DNA from: a virus | DNA: 64,000 nucleotides | Virus record (IMG/VR): IMGVR_UViG_3300044695_003432 | Span: 21,133-85,132 of that record | Direction: 5' to 3' (one strand) | Part shown: piece by piece, positions 55,987 to 64,000 of the stretch | Position numbering within the stretch: position 1 is the first letter of the stretch | Layout of the letters: each line of letters opens with the position of its first letter | Program-made: the position numbers and the translations under genes | Notes under the pieces: generated by a model | What the model was told of the DNA's origin: nothing | The model's input: the letters and a program-made list of their open reading frames with translations, nothing else | The model's database searches: none

Positions 55987-56380
55987 TCGTCCACTTGACT
56001 CTCAAACACACATGGGCTTTCTCGCCCACCTTGGTCCATCGCTTCGTTGCGAAGGATTCCTGAATCGCCCAGTCGTCAATCCACACCGAACCCGTTGCGG
56101 CGTCGAACACCGACTTCAGGTAGTTGTCAATATCCGGCTTAGGAAACGGGAGCTTGGTACTTGCGGGACGAGGGGCGACGATCTCCACGTCAACCCGACA
56201 CGGGCCTTCCCGTGCAGGGGCGGCTCTCGCCGCAGCAATGAACGCCGCAGCAAGAGCCGCCTTGAAATCTCGATAGCGTTTCGGGTAGTAAGCCCCCCAC
56301 CTGCTAACCCGAGGACGGGCGGCAGGGACGGGCTCAATCGGGATCTTGTATTCGGCATCCCACTTGGGAGGTTTCTTCAC
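55979..56380 (-). CDS. rusA: RusA-family Holliday junction resolvase
   Basis: PVPAARPR and KPDIDNYLKSVFDA...WIDD. Confidence 0.85.
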   Translation of the reverse strand: MKKPPKWDAEYKIPIEPVPAARPRVSRWGAYYPKRYRDFKAALAAAFIAAARAAPAREGPCRVDVEIVAPRPASTKLPFPKPDIDNYLKSVFDAATGSVWIDDWAIQESFATKRWTKVGEKAHVCLRVKWTNV

Positions 56381-57009
56381 AGATCGCCGTCTCCAGCGTT
56401 GTCGTCCGTAGCCCCGGCATTGTCCAAAGGAGTCTCGGCGGTGTAGCCATCTTCCTCGCCGAAGCCGAAGCCCTTTGCGTCCCGGTTGCTGTACTCGACG
56501 AGCTCGATCACCTGAACAGCCTGAAGGGAGAGCTGAACTCCGTACTGACTGGCGGTGCCGATCTTGATGGGGCGGGGGCGGAACGCAACCTTCACCTTCG
56601 AGCCGCGGCCCACTCGGACCTCCTCGGCCAGGGGCTTGCCCTTGGCATCGAAGCAGGGGATCGTGATGTTGCGAGTCTCGCCGGTCTTCTTGTCCTTGAA
56701 CGTGGCGTTCTGCTTGAACTTGAAGACGATGAAGCCGGTCTCGTTGCCTTCGGCATCCGTGTCGTCAGAGAAGGGGAAATACTCCTTGAACTTCTTGACC
56801 TTCGGATCTTCCTCGGAGAGCTCGGCCTTCGCCTCCTTCGTCCACTCCTGGATCTGCTTGATGAACGGAGCCGCCTGCTCCTTGGTCAGGAGGAGCTGGG
56901 CGTTGAACTCCCCGTCCGCCTTGAACTTCACGCTGGGTTTCTGGATGCTGGCGAACTTGATCTCACCAACGGGAGAGGTCTGGTTCTTACGCTTCGTGGT
57001 CGTCGTCAT
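56377..57009 (-). CDS. Single-stranded DNA-binding protein (T7 gp2.5-like)
   Basis: FDAKGKP...GSKVKV...LQAVQVIELVEY, acidic C-terminal tail. Confidence 0.92.
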   Translation of the reverse strand: MTTTTKRKNQTSPVGEIKFASIQKPSVKFKADGEFNAQLLLTKEQAAPFIKQIQEWTKEAKAELSEEDPKVKKFKEYFPFSDDTDAEGNETGFIVFKFKQNATFKDKKTGETRNITIPCFDAKGKPLAEEVRVGRGSKVKVAFRPRPIKIGTASQYGVQLSLQAVQVIELVEYSNRDAKGFGFGEEDGYTAETPLDNAGATDDNAGDGDL

Positions 57010-57319
57010 TCTGTTCTTCTTGCTCCGTGAACGCACCCTTGATCGAGTGCTGAAGGAAGTCGGAGGCGTCCTCGCCGATGCCTATGGCGATCGTGACGGG
57101 ACGCTCTCCAGGTGTGATTGCATTGATGAAAGCGAGATCGACCTGCTGCTCAACTGCGGTGGCAAGCAGGATGATCGTGCGGGCGAGACAGTGATCGGCC
57201 CACGAGGGGGCGACACGTCCGATGATCTCAAGTCCCTTGCGGGTCATTGGCCGATCGGCCTCGATGATCCGCTCGATGGGGGGAATCTTCTGGGCCTTCT
57301 TCCGCGGCTTCTTTGCCAC
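56987..57319 (-). CDS. Hypothetical protein
   Basis: 110 aa, GTG start coupled to upstream TAG. Confidence 0.55.
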   Translation of the reverse strand: MAKKPRKKAQKIPPIERIIEADRPMTRKGLEIIGRVAPSWADHCLARTIILLATAVEQQVDLAFINAITPGERPVTIAIGIGEDASDFLQHSIKGAFTEQEEQNDDDHEA

Positions 57320-57600
57320 TAGAGTTCCCCGTTGATGTAAGCCACCGCTCCACGAAGCTCGGGGCTTTCTGATCCGCGAGTTCGATTGAGGATGTTCTTG
57401 CTGACTTCGAGGATGTTCCCCGCGGCACCGACTTGATACTTCTCCAGCAGCACCACAAAGACCACCCCAACAGCGGCGAGCTGGGCTTCGGTGTCGAAGT
57501 TCTGGAGCTGGTTCGTGATCCGCATTGCGGCGGCACCGACCTCAGCGGGGTTGACGAGCGTGAGCTTGTCCGGGTCATACGCCTTGAGCTTGTTGGGAAT
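57319..57600 (-). CDS. Hypothetical protein
   Basis: ...LQNFDTEAQLAA...PELRGAVAYINGEL; start uncertain (GGAG-N7-ATT at 57600 or a downstream ATG). Confidence 0.5.
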   Translation of the reverse strand: MPNKLKAYDPDKLTLVNPAEVGAAAMRITNQLQNFDTEAQLAAVGVVFVVLLEKYQVGAAGNILEVSKNILNRTRGSESPELRGAVAYINGEL

Positions 57601-57673
57601 AGGTCGTCTCCGTAGAGGATGATGAAGGAAGCGAGCATGGCACCGACGATCAGGCAGATGGAGTGGGTGAGGA

Positions 57674-58516
57674 TCAGCGATTCCACAGCATCCCCTTATC
57701 CACCTTCCACCAGTCCTTGATCTTCTTCTGCCACCCGGCTCGGCCCTGGGCGATGTCAACAAGGGAGGGGGTAACTCCCTTCTGGATGTCGTGGGCCTTG
57801 GCAGCGAACACGCGGTAGGTCTCACCCTTGCCGAGTTCAGCGAAGGTCTCGTCCACGGTCTTCACGATTTCCTTCACGCCTCGGTTCTTGATCCACAACT
57901 CACGGGCGATGGCACCGACCGAGACAACGAGGACCGCACCTGCGATCCAGGCGGAATACTCCATCACGAAGTCCAGGAACATCATGCCCGCGATCGCACC
58001 CGCGGCGATGAAGGCGGGGAGGGCGGTGTTCATCCGGCCCGTCACGGCGAGGATGCCGAAGACGCCGAGGGAGATACCGCAGATCCAGTAGGTGAGGGCC
58101 TTGAGGTTGGCGAGTCGCCGCCCACTCTCTTGCTCCAAGTCAGCGTTCCGCTTTCGGAGTGAGTCCACCGTCTTGCCGAGGGTGGTGATCTGACTCTGAG
58201 CCTCGCCGATCTTCAGCGTGAGAGCGGCGATCTTGTGGAAGGATTCGTTCTGCTCCTTGTTGTGGGAGAGGACGACATCGACCTTTGGCTGCGTCTCGGG
58301 GAACTCGGTGCCGATCGAGGCCGCGGCCTTGGCGGTCTTCTCGTTGGCGTTCAGGCCGGTCTTGGCTTCGGCCTTGAGTTCGTCCCCGAGGGTCTTGACG
58401 TTGGGTGTCAGGGCGGGGAGGATGGGAGGGGAGGAGGATGTGGAGCAGGAGACGATGATCGAGGCGGAGAGGGTGGCGATGAGGATGGATAGAAGGGTCA
58501 GGGTTCGTTTCGTCAT
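57674..58516 (-). CDS. Lipoprotein-like coiled-coil protein with several C-terminal transmembrane helices
   Basis: MTKRTLTLLSIL...IIVSC signal/lipobox-like; AAGGA RBS; three hydrophobic segments. Confidence 0.6.
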   Translation of the reverse strand: MTKRTLTLLSILIATLSASIIVSCSTSSSPPILPALTPNVKTLGDELKAEAKTGLNANEKTAKAAASIGTEFPETQPKVDVVLSHNKEQNESFHKIAALTLKIGEAQSQITTLGKTVDSLRKRNADLEQESGRRLANLKALTYWICGISLGVFGILAVTGRMNTALPAFIAAGAIAGMMFLDFVMEYSAWIAGAVLVVSVGAIARELWIKNRGVKEIVKTVDETFAELGKGETYRVFAAKAHDIQKGVTPSLVDIAQGRAGWQKKIKDWWKVDKGMLWNR

Positions 58517-59079
58517 GGGGTCCTTTGGTTTGTCCATTGCTCGGCCATCGCTTCTGCGATGCCGAGGTATGTGGCACTCCGCTTCTTCCAGCGGTCGGGG
58601 CCGGGTGATTCGTTGTGAACTCTCCCCTTTCGTCCCGAGACGATGCTGGTGGGGACGAGGGGAAGCAGACCGCGGAGCCAGAGGCAGGTTGCCTTGGTCT
58701 CTCCGTGGCCGAACTGCCAAGGCTGCACGATCTGGGTGTACGGCGGAAGCTCCGCGTACTTGTGCGGGATCGGGTTCTCAACGGCAACCCGAGGGATTGG
58801 GAGGTTCAAGCACCACAGGAAGAACTCCCGTGCTTCTCGAAGTTCTTGCCACAGGTTTCGCTCGTGGAGCCGCCGCACCCCGGAGTTGCACAATCGAGTA
58901 CAGGGAGGGTGACACACGGCGGCGTCAAACCCCGATAGGTCAGCGTTGCGTACATCGCCAACCACATGCGGCCCGTCTGTCTCCGAGGGGAGCAGATCGA
59001 ACGATACGGCCTCGTGGCCTCTTCGCCGGAACGCATCTCGCACAGTCCCCGTGAACTCACAGATGACTGCTATTTTCAT
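58513..59079 (-). CDS. Short C5-cytosine DNA methyltransferase-like protein
   Basis: CEFTG.VRDAF, HPPCT, VENP, QPWQFGH, KATCLW motifs. Confidence 0.75.
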   Translation of the reverse strand: MKIAVICEFTGTVRDAFRRRGHEAVSFDLLPSETDGPHVVGDVRNADLSGFDAAVCHPPCTRLCNSGVRRLHERNLWQELREAREFFLWCLNLPIPRVAVENPIPHKYAELPPYTQIVQPWQFGHGETKATCLWLRGLLPLVPTSIVSGRKGRVHNESPGPDRWKKRSATYLGIAEAMAEQWTNQRTP

Positions 59080-59105
59080 CGAGTCCTTTGCGTAATCGGA
59101 TGGAT

Positions 59106-61571
59106 TCAAGAAAAGAAATAAGCACTCTGCTCGACAAGCCCAAGATCCAGCGTCCCTTTGGCAGGGACCGGCGGAACCTCAACCCCATCGGGCAAGAGTT
59201 CGATCACCGACTGACGGAGATCTTCGAGGACATCCCGGCTCTCGTGGATGTGGCGGAAGACTTGACGAGTGACGGCGAACATCGTGTCCATGTCCGCGGC
59301 CAAGCTTCCGTAGGAGTCGTGAACCATCTGGAAGGTGCGGATGCCGAGGTCATAGCAACGGTTCACGGTGAGCATCATGCACGCTGCGTCGTAGGAGTGA
59401 ACGAAGTGGGGGCCGGAGGAGGATGCCTGCCTTCGCCGGTCGATCTCCTTGGTAGCCACGTCACACCGCATGGCGTACACCTTGTCTCCCACCTTGGTCA
59501 GGATCTTCTTCTCGGCCATGAGCTCGGGGGCGACCTGGACATGGAAGCCGGTGGAGTGGACGGTGTAGCGGAGAGGCATCCCGTTCTGGGCACAGAGCGA
59601 GGCAAGGGTTCGGACGTAGTTCATCGTCACGGTGGGGCCGGAGATCAGATCGTGGATCGCGGTCCAGACCACCTTCGAGAGGTACGAGTAGGAGATCTCC
59701 TTGGGCTTCACGATCCCGAGCTTCTTGAGGTGAGCCTCGGCTGCTTCTCGGGTGTAGTCCTCACAGGACTTGTACGTTCCCCCGTAGGGGAAGACCATCA
59801 CCGGACGCTTCACAACCTTTCGGGGGACTCCGACCTCAAGCCAGAATCGGGCATTGGCGATGGCTTCGGCGGCGGATCGGCTTCGTGCTTTCTTGGACTT
59901 GGGGAGGAACTTGGTTCCGTCCTCTTGGCCGAGAAGGCATACGACTCGATCCGCGACGGCTGAGTAGATGTCGGAGGGTTTGTCACTCGGCACAAGGTTG
60001 ACCTGAGCCCCGGCCACTTCATCACGAGACATCGCTGCAAGGTGTTGAATACCGTTGCATGTTCCGTCAATCCCCACGATGAGTGACGATCGGTGAGCCT
60101 CACCATGCTCTGCCACTCCTCGGTAGTCAAGGCAAGCGGCAAGGAACTGCCAAGGGGAATCTGCTTCAGTCCACCAACGATGAACCAGGGGCTCGGCTGC
60201 ACACCGGAGAATGTCATCCTTCTTGCTTCGCGTCCAATCCTGCCGAGCCTCGAAAGATACCTTGTCCACTCCGAAACAGTTGGCGAGGTGGATCTCAAGC
60301 CAACGGATTCCCGACTGACCGAGAGGCTTAGACTCTTGGGATCGCAGAAGAGAGCGAGAAAGATCGTCTCCTTGGGGTTGTAGAAAACGCGGTCGGTAGT
60401 AAGCCCGACCACGAAAGTCGAGACGAACGGGTGCGTACGTTTTCTCGTATCGGCGGAACTGGTGGCAGGCAGCTCTGGTCTTGATGAGACCCACACGCTG
60501 AGATCGCCACGCAAGGTTTCTTCGGAGAGAGTCGGCGGCTCGCTCCTTCCACTCGATCCAGGGCTTGGGGTTCTCTGCGTCATACTCAGGCTCCGGTGGC
60601 TTTGGTTCATCGAACTTCTGCGGGAGCCCCTCCACCGGGATGCCCGCTTCCCAGACCTGCTCGAAGATCTCAAGCATGGCCTCGTTCACCCTGAAGGCGG
60701 AGGACTGCATGGCGTTGACCGCCTTGTAGACTTCCGGCATGGGGTTCTCTACCCGGTCCTTGGCCTCCGCTCTCCGGCGGGAGATGATGAGAGGGGACTT
60801 GAGGCGGGGGATCTTGTACCCGCCCATCTGCCCCGGCCCCCACTCATCGGGCTCACAGATCATCCATTGCTCGCATGTTTGCAGGAGGGTGGACTGGCGA
60901 TCGAACTCCTCGATCCATGCGATGATCTCTTGAGACGCCACCGCTCGATACATGAACCCCCGGCCCTTCTTCCGGCGTTGCCGGAGGATCTCAACCGCTC
61001 CGGTGGAGTCGGCAAAGATCTGGACCAGGGCTGTACCGACGTGCATCTTGTGGGCGTTGGTCCACTCGGTATGCTGAAGGTTGAACTTTCGGATGGTGTG
61101 GTTCAGCATCGACCGCTTGACGATGCCCATGAACCCGCGGGGGTGTTCCTTGAGGTTCTTGATGACTTTGTTGTAGAGCTGGGGATGGGCCGACTCCATC
61201 TCCGAGTAGTTCAGCTCCTCTTGGATTCGACGGCCAATGGCGGTGGCGGTTGTGGCGAAGGACCGGGTGTGTCCGATCTCGTTCAGGATCGCTTGGGTGG
61301 CGATGAAGGACAAGACCCAAGGATCGAGCATCGAGAACAGGCGGATGTAGAGGGCCTGCCTGGTGGGCTTGACATCGACCTCAGCGATTGCCTTCTCGAT
61401 TGCCCCGGCGAAGGGGGGGATGAGGAGTTCGGTGAGCTTCCTTCCGGCCTTGGTGGCTCCCTCCATCCGCTTCGAGCGGAGGCGGTGCTGGGAGTTCCAG
61501 TAGTCCTGCTGGCGGAGGAGACACCCCTCCTCCTCCAAGGCGATCTCTTCCTTGAGAAGATCCTTTGTCAT
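59106..61571 (-). CDS. Single-subunit T7-like RNA polymerase (phage A)
   Basis: DFRGRAY, DGTCNGIQH, RKVVKRPVMVFPYG, PHFVHSYDA, VHDSY; 821 aa. Confidence 0.97.
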   Translation of the reverse strand: MTKDLLKEEIALEEEGCLLRQQDYWNSQHRLRSKRMEGATKAGRKLTELLIPPFAGAIEKAIAEVDVKPTRQALYIRLFSMLDPWVLSFIATQAILNEIGHTRSFATTATAIGRRIQEELNYSEMESAHPQLYNKVIKNLKEHPRGFMGIVKRSMLNHTIRKFNLQHTEWTNAHKMHVGTALVQIFADSTGAVEILRQRRKKGRGFMYRAVASQEIIAWIEEFDRQSTLLQTCEQWMICEPDEWGPGQMGGYKIPRLKSPLIISRRRAEAKDRVENPMPEVYKAVNAMQSSAFRVNEAMLEIFEQVWEAGIPVEGLPQKFDEPKPPEPEYDAENPKPWIEWKERAADSLRRNLAWRSQRVGLIKTRAACHQFRRYEKTYAPVRLDFRGRAYYRPRFLQPQGDDLSRSLLRSQESKPLGQSGIRWLEIHLANCFGVDKVSFEARQDWTRSKKDDILRCAAEPLVHRWWTEADSPWQFLAACLDYRGVAEHGEAHRSSLIVGIDGTCNGIQHLAAMSRDEVAGAQVNLVPSDKPSDIYSAVADRVVCLLGQEDGTKFLPKSKKARSRSAAEAIANARFWLEVGVPRKVVKRPVMVFPYGGTYKSCEDYTREAAEAHLKKLGIVKPKEISYSYLSKVVWTAIHDLISGPTVTMNYVRTLASLCAQNGMPLRYTVHSTGFHVQVAPELMAEKKILTKVGDKVYAMRCDVATKEIDRRRQASSSGPHFVHSYDAACMMLTVNRCYDLGIRTFQMVHDSYGSLAADMDTMFAVTRQVFRHIHESRDVLEDLRQSVIELLPDGVEVPPVPAKGTLDLGLVEQSAYFFS

Positions 61572-61680
61572 TGATAAACAGTCTCCTTGGATGTATTTGA
61601 GAGGTAGTCCTAATGGACTACTCCTGCGTCTATAAACCAGAACTGTCTCTGAGTCTGTCTCTGCGTACTTCTACTCGTCC

Positions 61681-61728
61681 TAGTACTACTCCTAGTACTA
61701 CTCCTAGTACTACTCCTAGTACTACTCC
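61681..61728. repeat. 12-bp tandem repeat (TAGTACTACTCC) x4
   Basis: Read directly; each unit holds the palindrome TAGTACTA. Confidence 0.92.
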
Positions 61729-62103
61729 CCCTACTACTCTGTCTCTAGGGGGAGTCTTTTTCTCCCACATATAGTCCATTTTGTGCCCGAAAGTACTTAC
61801 GGATGCCACTTTTCGTCTATAAAATAGGGGGTCCGTGGTAGATAACAGGGGGTTCTACTAGGTGAGGGTGTTTCCCCTGTTTAGGGGGTAGGTGTTTTAG
61901 GTCTCCTTTCGGTGTGTGTCTTTGGTGCCAGTCACACCCAAGCCCCATTCCCCCGGCACAATGCCGCGGGTGCCTGCTGTGCCTGACTCCCCAGAAAGCC
62001 CATGCTCAAACGGAAATGATTCCTTTCCCCTCTCGGATGGAAAAGAATCGAGAAATCCCCGCTCATCGCGGGGATCAATCTCACTCTCGGATGTAGTCTC
62101 GAA

Positions 62104-62146
62104 CGGATTTTGAATCCGCTGCGGATGCCAGTTTCGCCACTCCGGC
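62104..62146 (-). other. Putative attP core: 5' half of tRNA-Leu(CAA)
   Basis: GCCGGAGTGGCGAAACTGGCATCCGCAGCGGATTCAAAATCCG (acceptor 5' strand, D arm, CAA anticodon arm) 15 nt after the integrase stop; no T arm. Confidence 0.8.
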
Positions 62147-62161
62147 GAGGGTTTCAGGAGT

Positions 62162-63205
62162 CTATGCAGTCACCGCGGGCGGTGTCTGTGCCTGTGCCGG
62201 ATCGTGTAGACGCAGGCCCACAAAGTCTGCACTCGATAGAACCTTGACCGCATCCATGAGATTCTGCGGGGCCAGGTGGGCGTACCTCATGGTCGTCACG
62301 ATGGACCGATGGCCGAGGAGCTTGCTCACGGTCTGGAGCTCCACCCCCCGCTGGACCAACCGAGAGGCGAAGGTGTGTCGGAGCGAGTGGATGACGAACT
62401 GAGAATCGGTCTCAAGGCCGAGATGTTCCCGCATCCGAGCCCAGTAGTAGTCGCACTGAGAGACGGTCAGGTTCCAGGGCCTAGGGGAATCCTTGGGTCT
62501 GGACTCGAAAGCCCGCTTCGCTCTAGGAGTCATTGGAACCCGCCTGTGGCCTCCGTTCTTGGTAAGGTAGAGGGCTAGCCAGTCACCCTCGAAAGCGTCC
62601 CAGCGAGCCTCTAATGCCTCTGAGAGACGAACCCCGGAGTCGATCAGGAACTCGACCAGGGAGTGCATGTCGAGGTTGCCGGTTTGCCAGAACCAGGAGA
62701 GCACCCGAGCCTCTTCGTCTACAGACAGATACCTAATGCGGTGCTGAGACTCCCGCTGCCGGTGGATCGGGGGAACCCGCTGGAGCCACCCTCGGGTTTC
62801 CCCCAGTCGAAGCATCTTGGACAGAGCAGCGAGCTTGCGGTTGATCGTGGCTCCAGAGCAGCCTCGTTCCTTCAGCCGTTGGATCATGGCTTCGATGGCG
62901 AGGTGGGTGATATGCTTCACCTCGACATCCCCGAGGAGATCCACCACGTCGTCGGCGTTGAGAACAGAAGTCCGTTCCCCCTTGGACCCTTTCCAGAACT
63001 TCTCCACAGCGAGGTCTCGGAGGGCTCCGAGGGTACGCTTCTCGGGGGTTTCGTACCCCTCGATGGGGAGACCGGCGATGAGCTTGGCCTTGATGTCCGT
63101 CTCCGCGGCCTCGGCCTCGGCTTTGGTGCCGAAGCCGGACATGCGGACTCGCCTCCCGGAGTGGGAGACATCGGCCTGCCAGGTGTTGCCGCGTTGCTTG
63201 GGCAT
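62162..63205 (-). CDS. int: Tyrosine integrase
   Basis: ATINRKLAALS, SGVRLSE, TKNG, HSLRHTFASRL, LLGH, TMRYAHL. Confidence 0.96.
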   Translation of the reverse strand: MPKQRGNTWQADVSHSGRRVRMSGFGTKAEAEAAETDIKAKLIAGLPIEGYETPEKRTLGALRDLAVEKFWKGSKGERTSVLNADDVVDLLGDVEVKHITHLAIEAMIQRLKERGCSGATINRKLAALSKMLRLGETRGWLQRVPPIHRQRESQHRIRYLSVDEEARVLSWFWQTGNLDMHSLVEFLIDSGVRLSEALEARWDAFEGDWLALYLTKNGGHRRVPMTPRAKRAFESRPKDSPRPWNLTVSQCDYYWARMREHLGLETDSQFVIHSLRHTFASRLVQRGVELQTVSKLLGHRSIVTTMRYAHLAPQNLMDAVKVLSSADFVGLRLHDPAQAQTPPAVTA

Positions 63206-63208
63206 GGG

Positions 63209-63541
63209 TCAGCCTTTCTCGATGGAGTCCAGGGCCTTGCGGAGGAGGGAGTGGCCAAAGGGGGTGAGGTACAGGAGCTTCCTCCGCATGTCGTCCTTCG
63301 GGATGTCGTAGTACACAATGTCAGGGGATCGGTGACGCGAGCGGTCGCGGGAGTACATGAAGATCACCGCTCGGCTGACTGAAGCCTGAGAGATCCCATG
63401 CACCTCGCAGATCTCACTCGGGGAGCACCCAGGGTGGGAAGCGATGTACAGGAATATCTGAAGGTGCCGGATGGCGAACTCGTCGTTCACTTCTCCGAAC
63501 ACGGCCAGGGCTTTAGTCAACTTGCCGATTCGCTGGTCCAT
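63209..63541 (-). CDS. MarR-like winged HTH regulator (candidate repressor)
   Basis: LQIFLYIA...SPSEI...ISQASVSRAV...DMRRKLLYLTPFG; directly upstream of integrase. Confidence 0.8.
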   Translation of the reverse strand: MDQRIGKLTKALAVFGEVNDEFAIRHLQIFLYIASHPGCSPSEICEVHGISQASVSRAVIFMYSRDRSRHRSPDIVYYDIPKDDMRRKLLYLTPFGHSLLRKALDSIEKG

Positions 63542-63698
63542 TGTGTCCTCCCCGGACGAGGTAAATCTCGAAGCGACTCCATCGGATGATGGTCTCGTTG
63601 GGAGTATATTCCCAATCGAGCCTCCGCTGGATTCTCGGATATGCTAGAATCAGAAGTTCTCCCAGATAGGGGATCTTTACGTCAACGATTCTTTTCAT
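63513..63698 (-). CDS. Hypothetical protein
   Basis: 61 aa with GGAGG RBS. Confidence 0.55.
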   Translation of the reverse strand: MKRIVDVKIPYLGELLILAYPRIQRRLDWEYTPNETIIRWSRFEIYLVRGGHNGPANRQVD

Positions 63699-63717
63699 CT
63701 AGGCCTCCGTGCCAGCC

Positions 63718-63864
63718 CTACGAGCAGAGCCGTAGGCAGGTTTCCAGAAAACGCAGGGAAAGGTAGATCGTCAGAGCTAGGAGCCAGATCAAGGCTCCCA
63801 TGAGCAGGGCGAAAAGGATTGCGGGAGAGTAGAGGGTGAGGGTGAGGATGTCGAGGGGTTTCAT
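63718..63864 (-). CDS. Small hydrophobic membrane protein
   Basis: MKPLDILTLTLYSPAILFALLMGALIWLL...; ATGA overlap with upstream gene. Confidence 0.55.
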   Translation of the reverse strand: MKPLDILTLTLYSPAILFALLMGALIWLLALTIYLSLRFLETCLRLCS

Positions 63865-63873
63865 CGCTTCCCC

Positions 63874-64000
63874 TTCCGCTCGGTGCCGTTGAGGATGGCG
63901 AGGATGTCGCGCTTGTGGATGTACCAGCGGTCGGGTGCCGCCTGCTCGCACAGTTCCCTCACCCTGCGGAGTTTCTCGCGGTCGTTCGTCCACTCGCGGG
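63874..64000. repeat. 127-bp exact direct repeat, copy 2 (ends at the window edge)
   Basis: Identical to 21887-22013. Confidence 0.97.

Larger units (their letters stand above)
21887..64000 (-). mobile_element. Phage A: apparently complete ~42 kb circularly permuted temperate T7-like phage
   Basis: Integrase, attP, RNAP, replication, virion, terminase and early genes, closed by the direct repeat. Confidence 0.85.

Noticed and set aside
62070-62150. Complete tRNA-Leu gene
   Set aside because: Similarity stops after the anticodon arm; no T arm or 3' acceptor strand

Overview
The window is entirely phage DNA, with almost every gene on the minus strand. It holds two different T7-like (Autographiviridae-type) modules joined head to tail. 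Phage B (1 to ~22,900, incomplete) has a single-subunit RNA polymerase directly upstream of portal, scaffold, capsid, accessory, tail and internal-virion genes. Phage A (~21,887-64,000) looks like a complete ~42 kb circularly permuted temperate genome: wHTH regulator, tyrosine integrase, tRNA-Leu(CAA)-derived attP, RNA polymerase, replication and nucleotide genes, virion genes, terminase and an early region. The last 127 nt of the window are identical to 21,887-22,013, which closes phage A into a 41,987-bp circle, so the junction is either an assembly lasso through a shared gene block or a real cointegrate. The most striking feature is a ~66-nt two-hairpin plus palindrome element with compensatory changes that precedes seven consecutive early genes of phage A. 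Other notable points: tandem ADP-ribosyltransferase-like inserts in the ejection protein, strong GCGC avoidance in phage A only, no recognisable endolysin or gp17 tail fibre in phage A, and a split nozzle gene in phage B. All calls come from reading motifs and synteny by eye; no searches were run.
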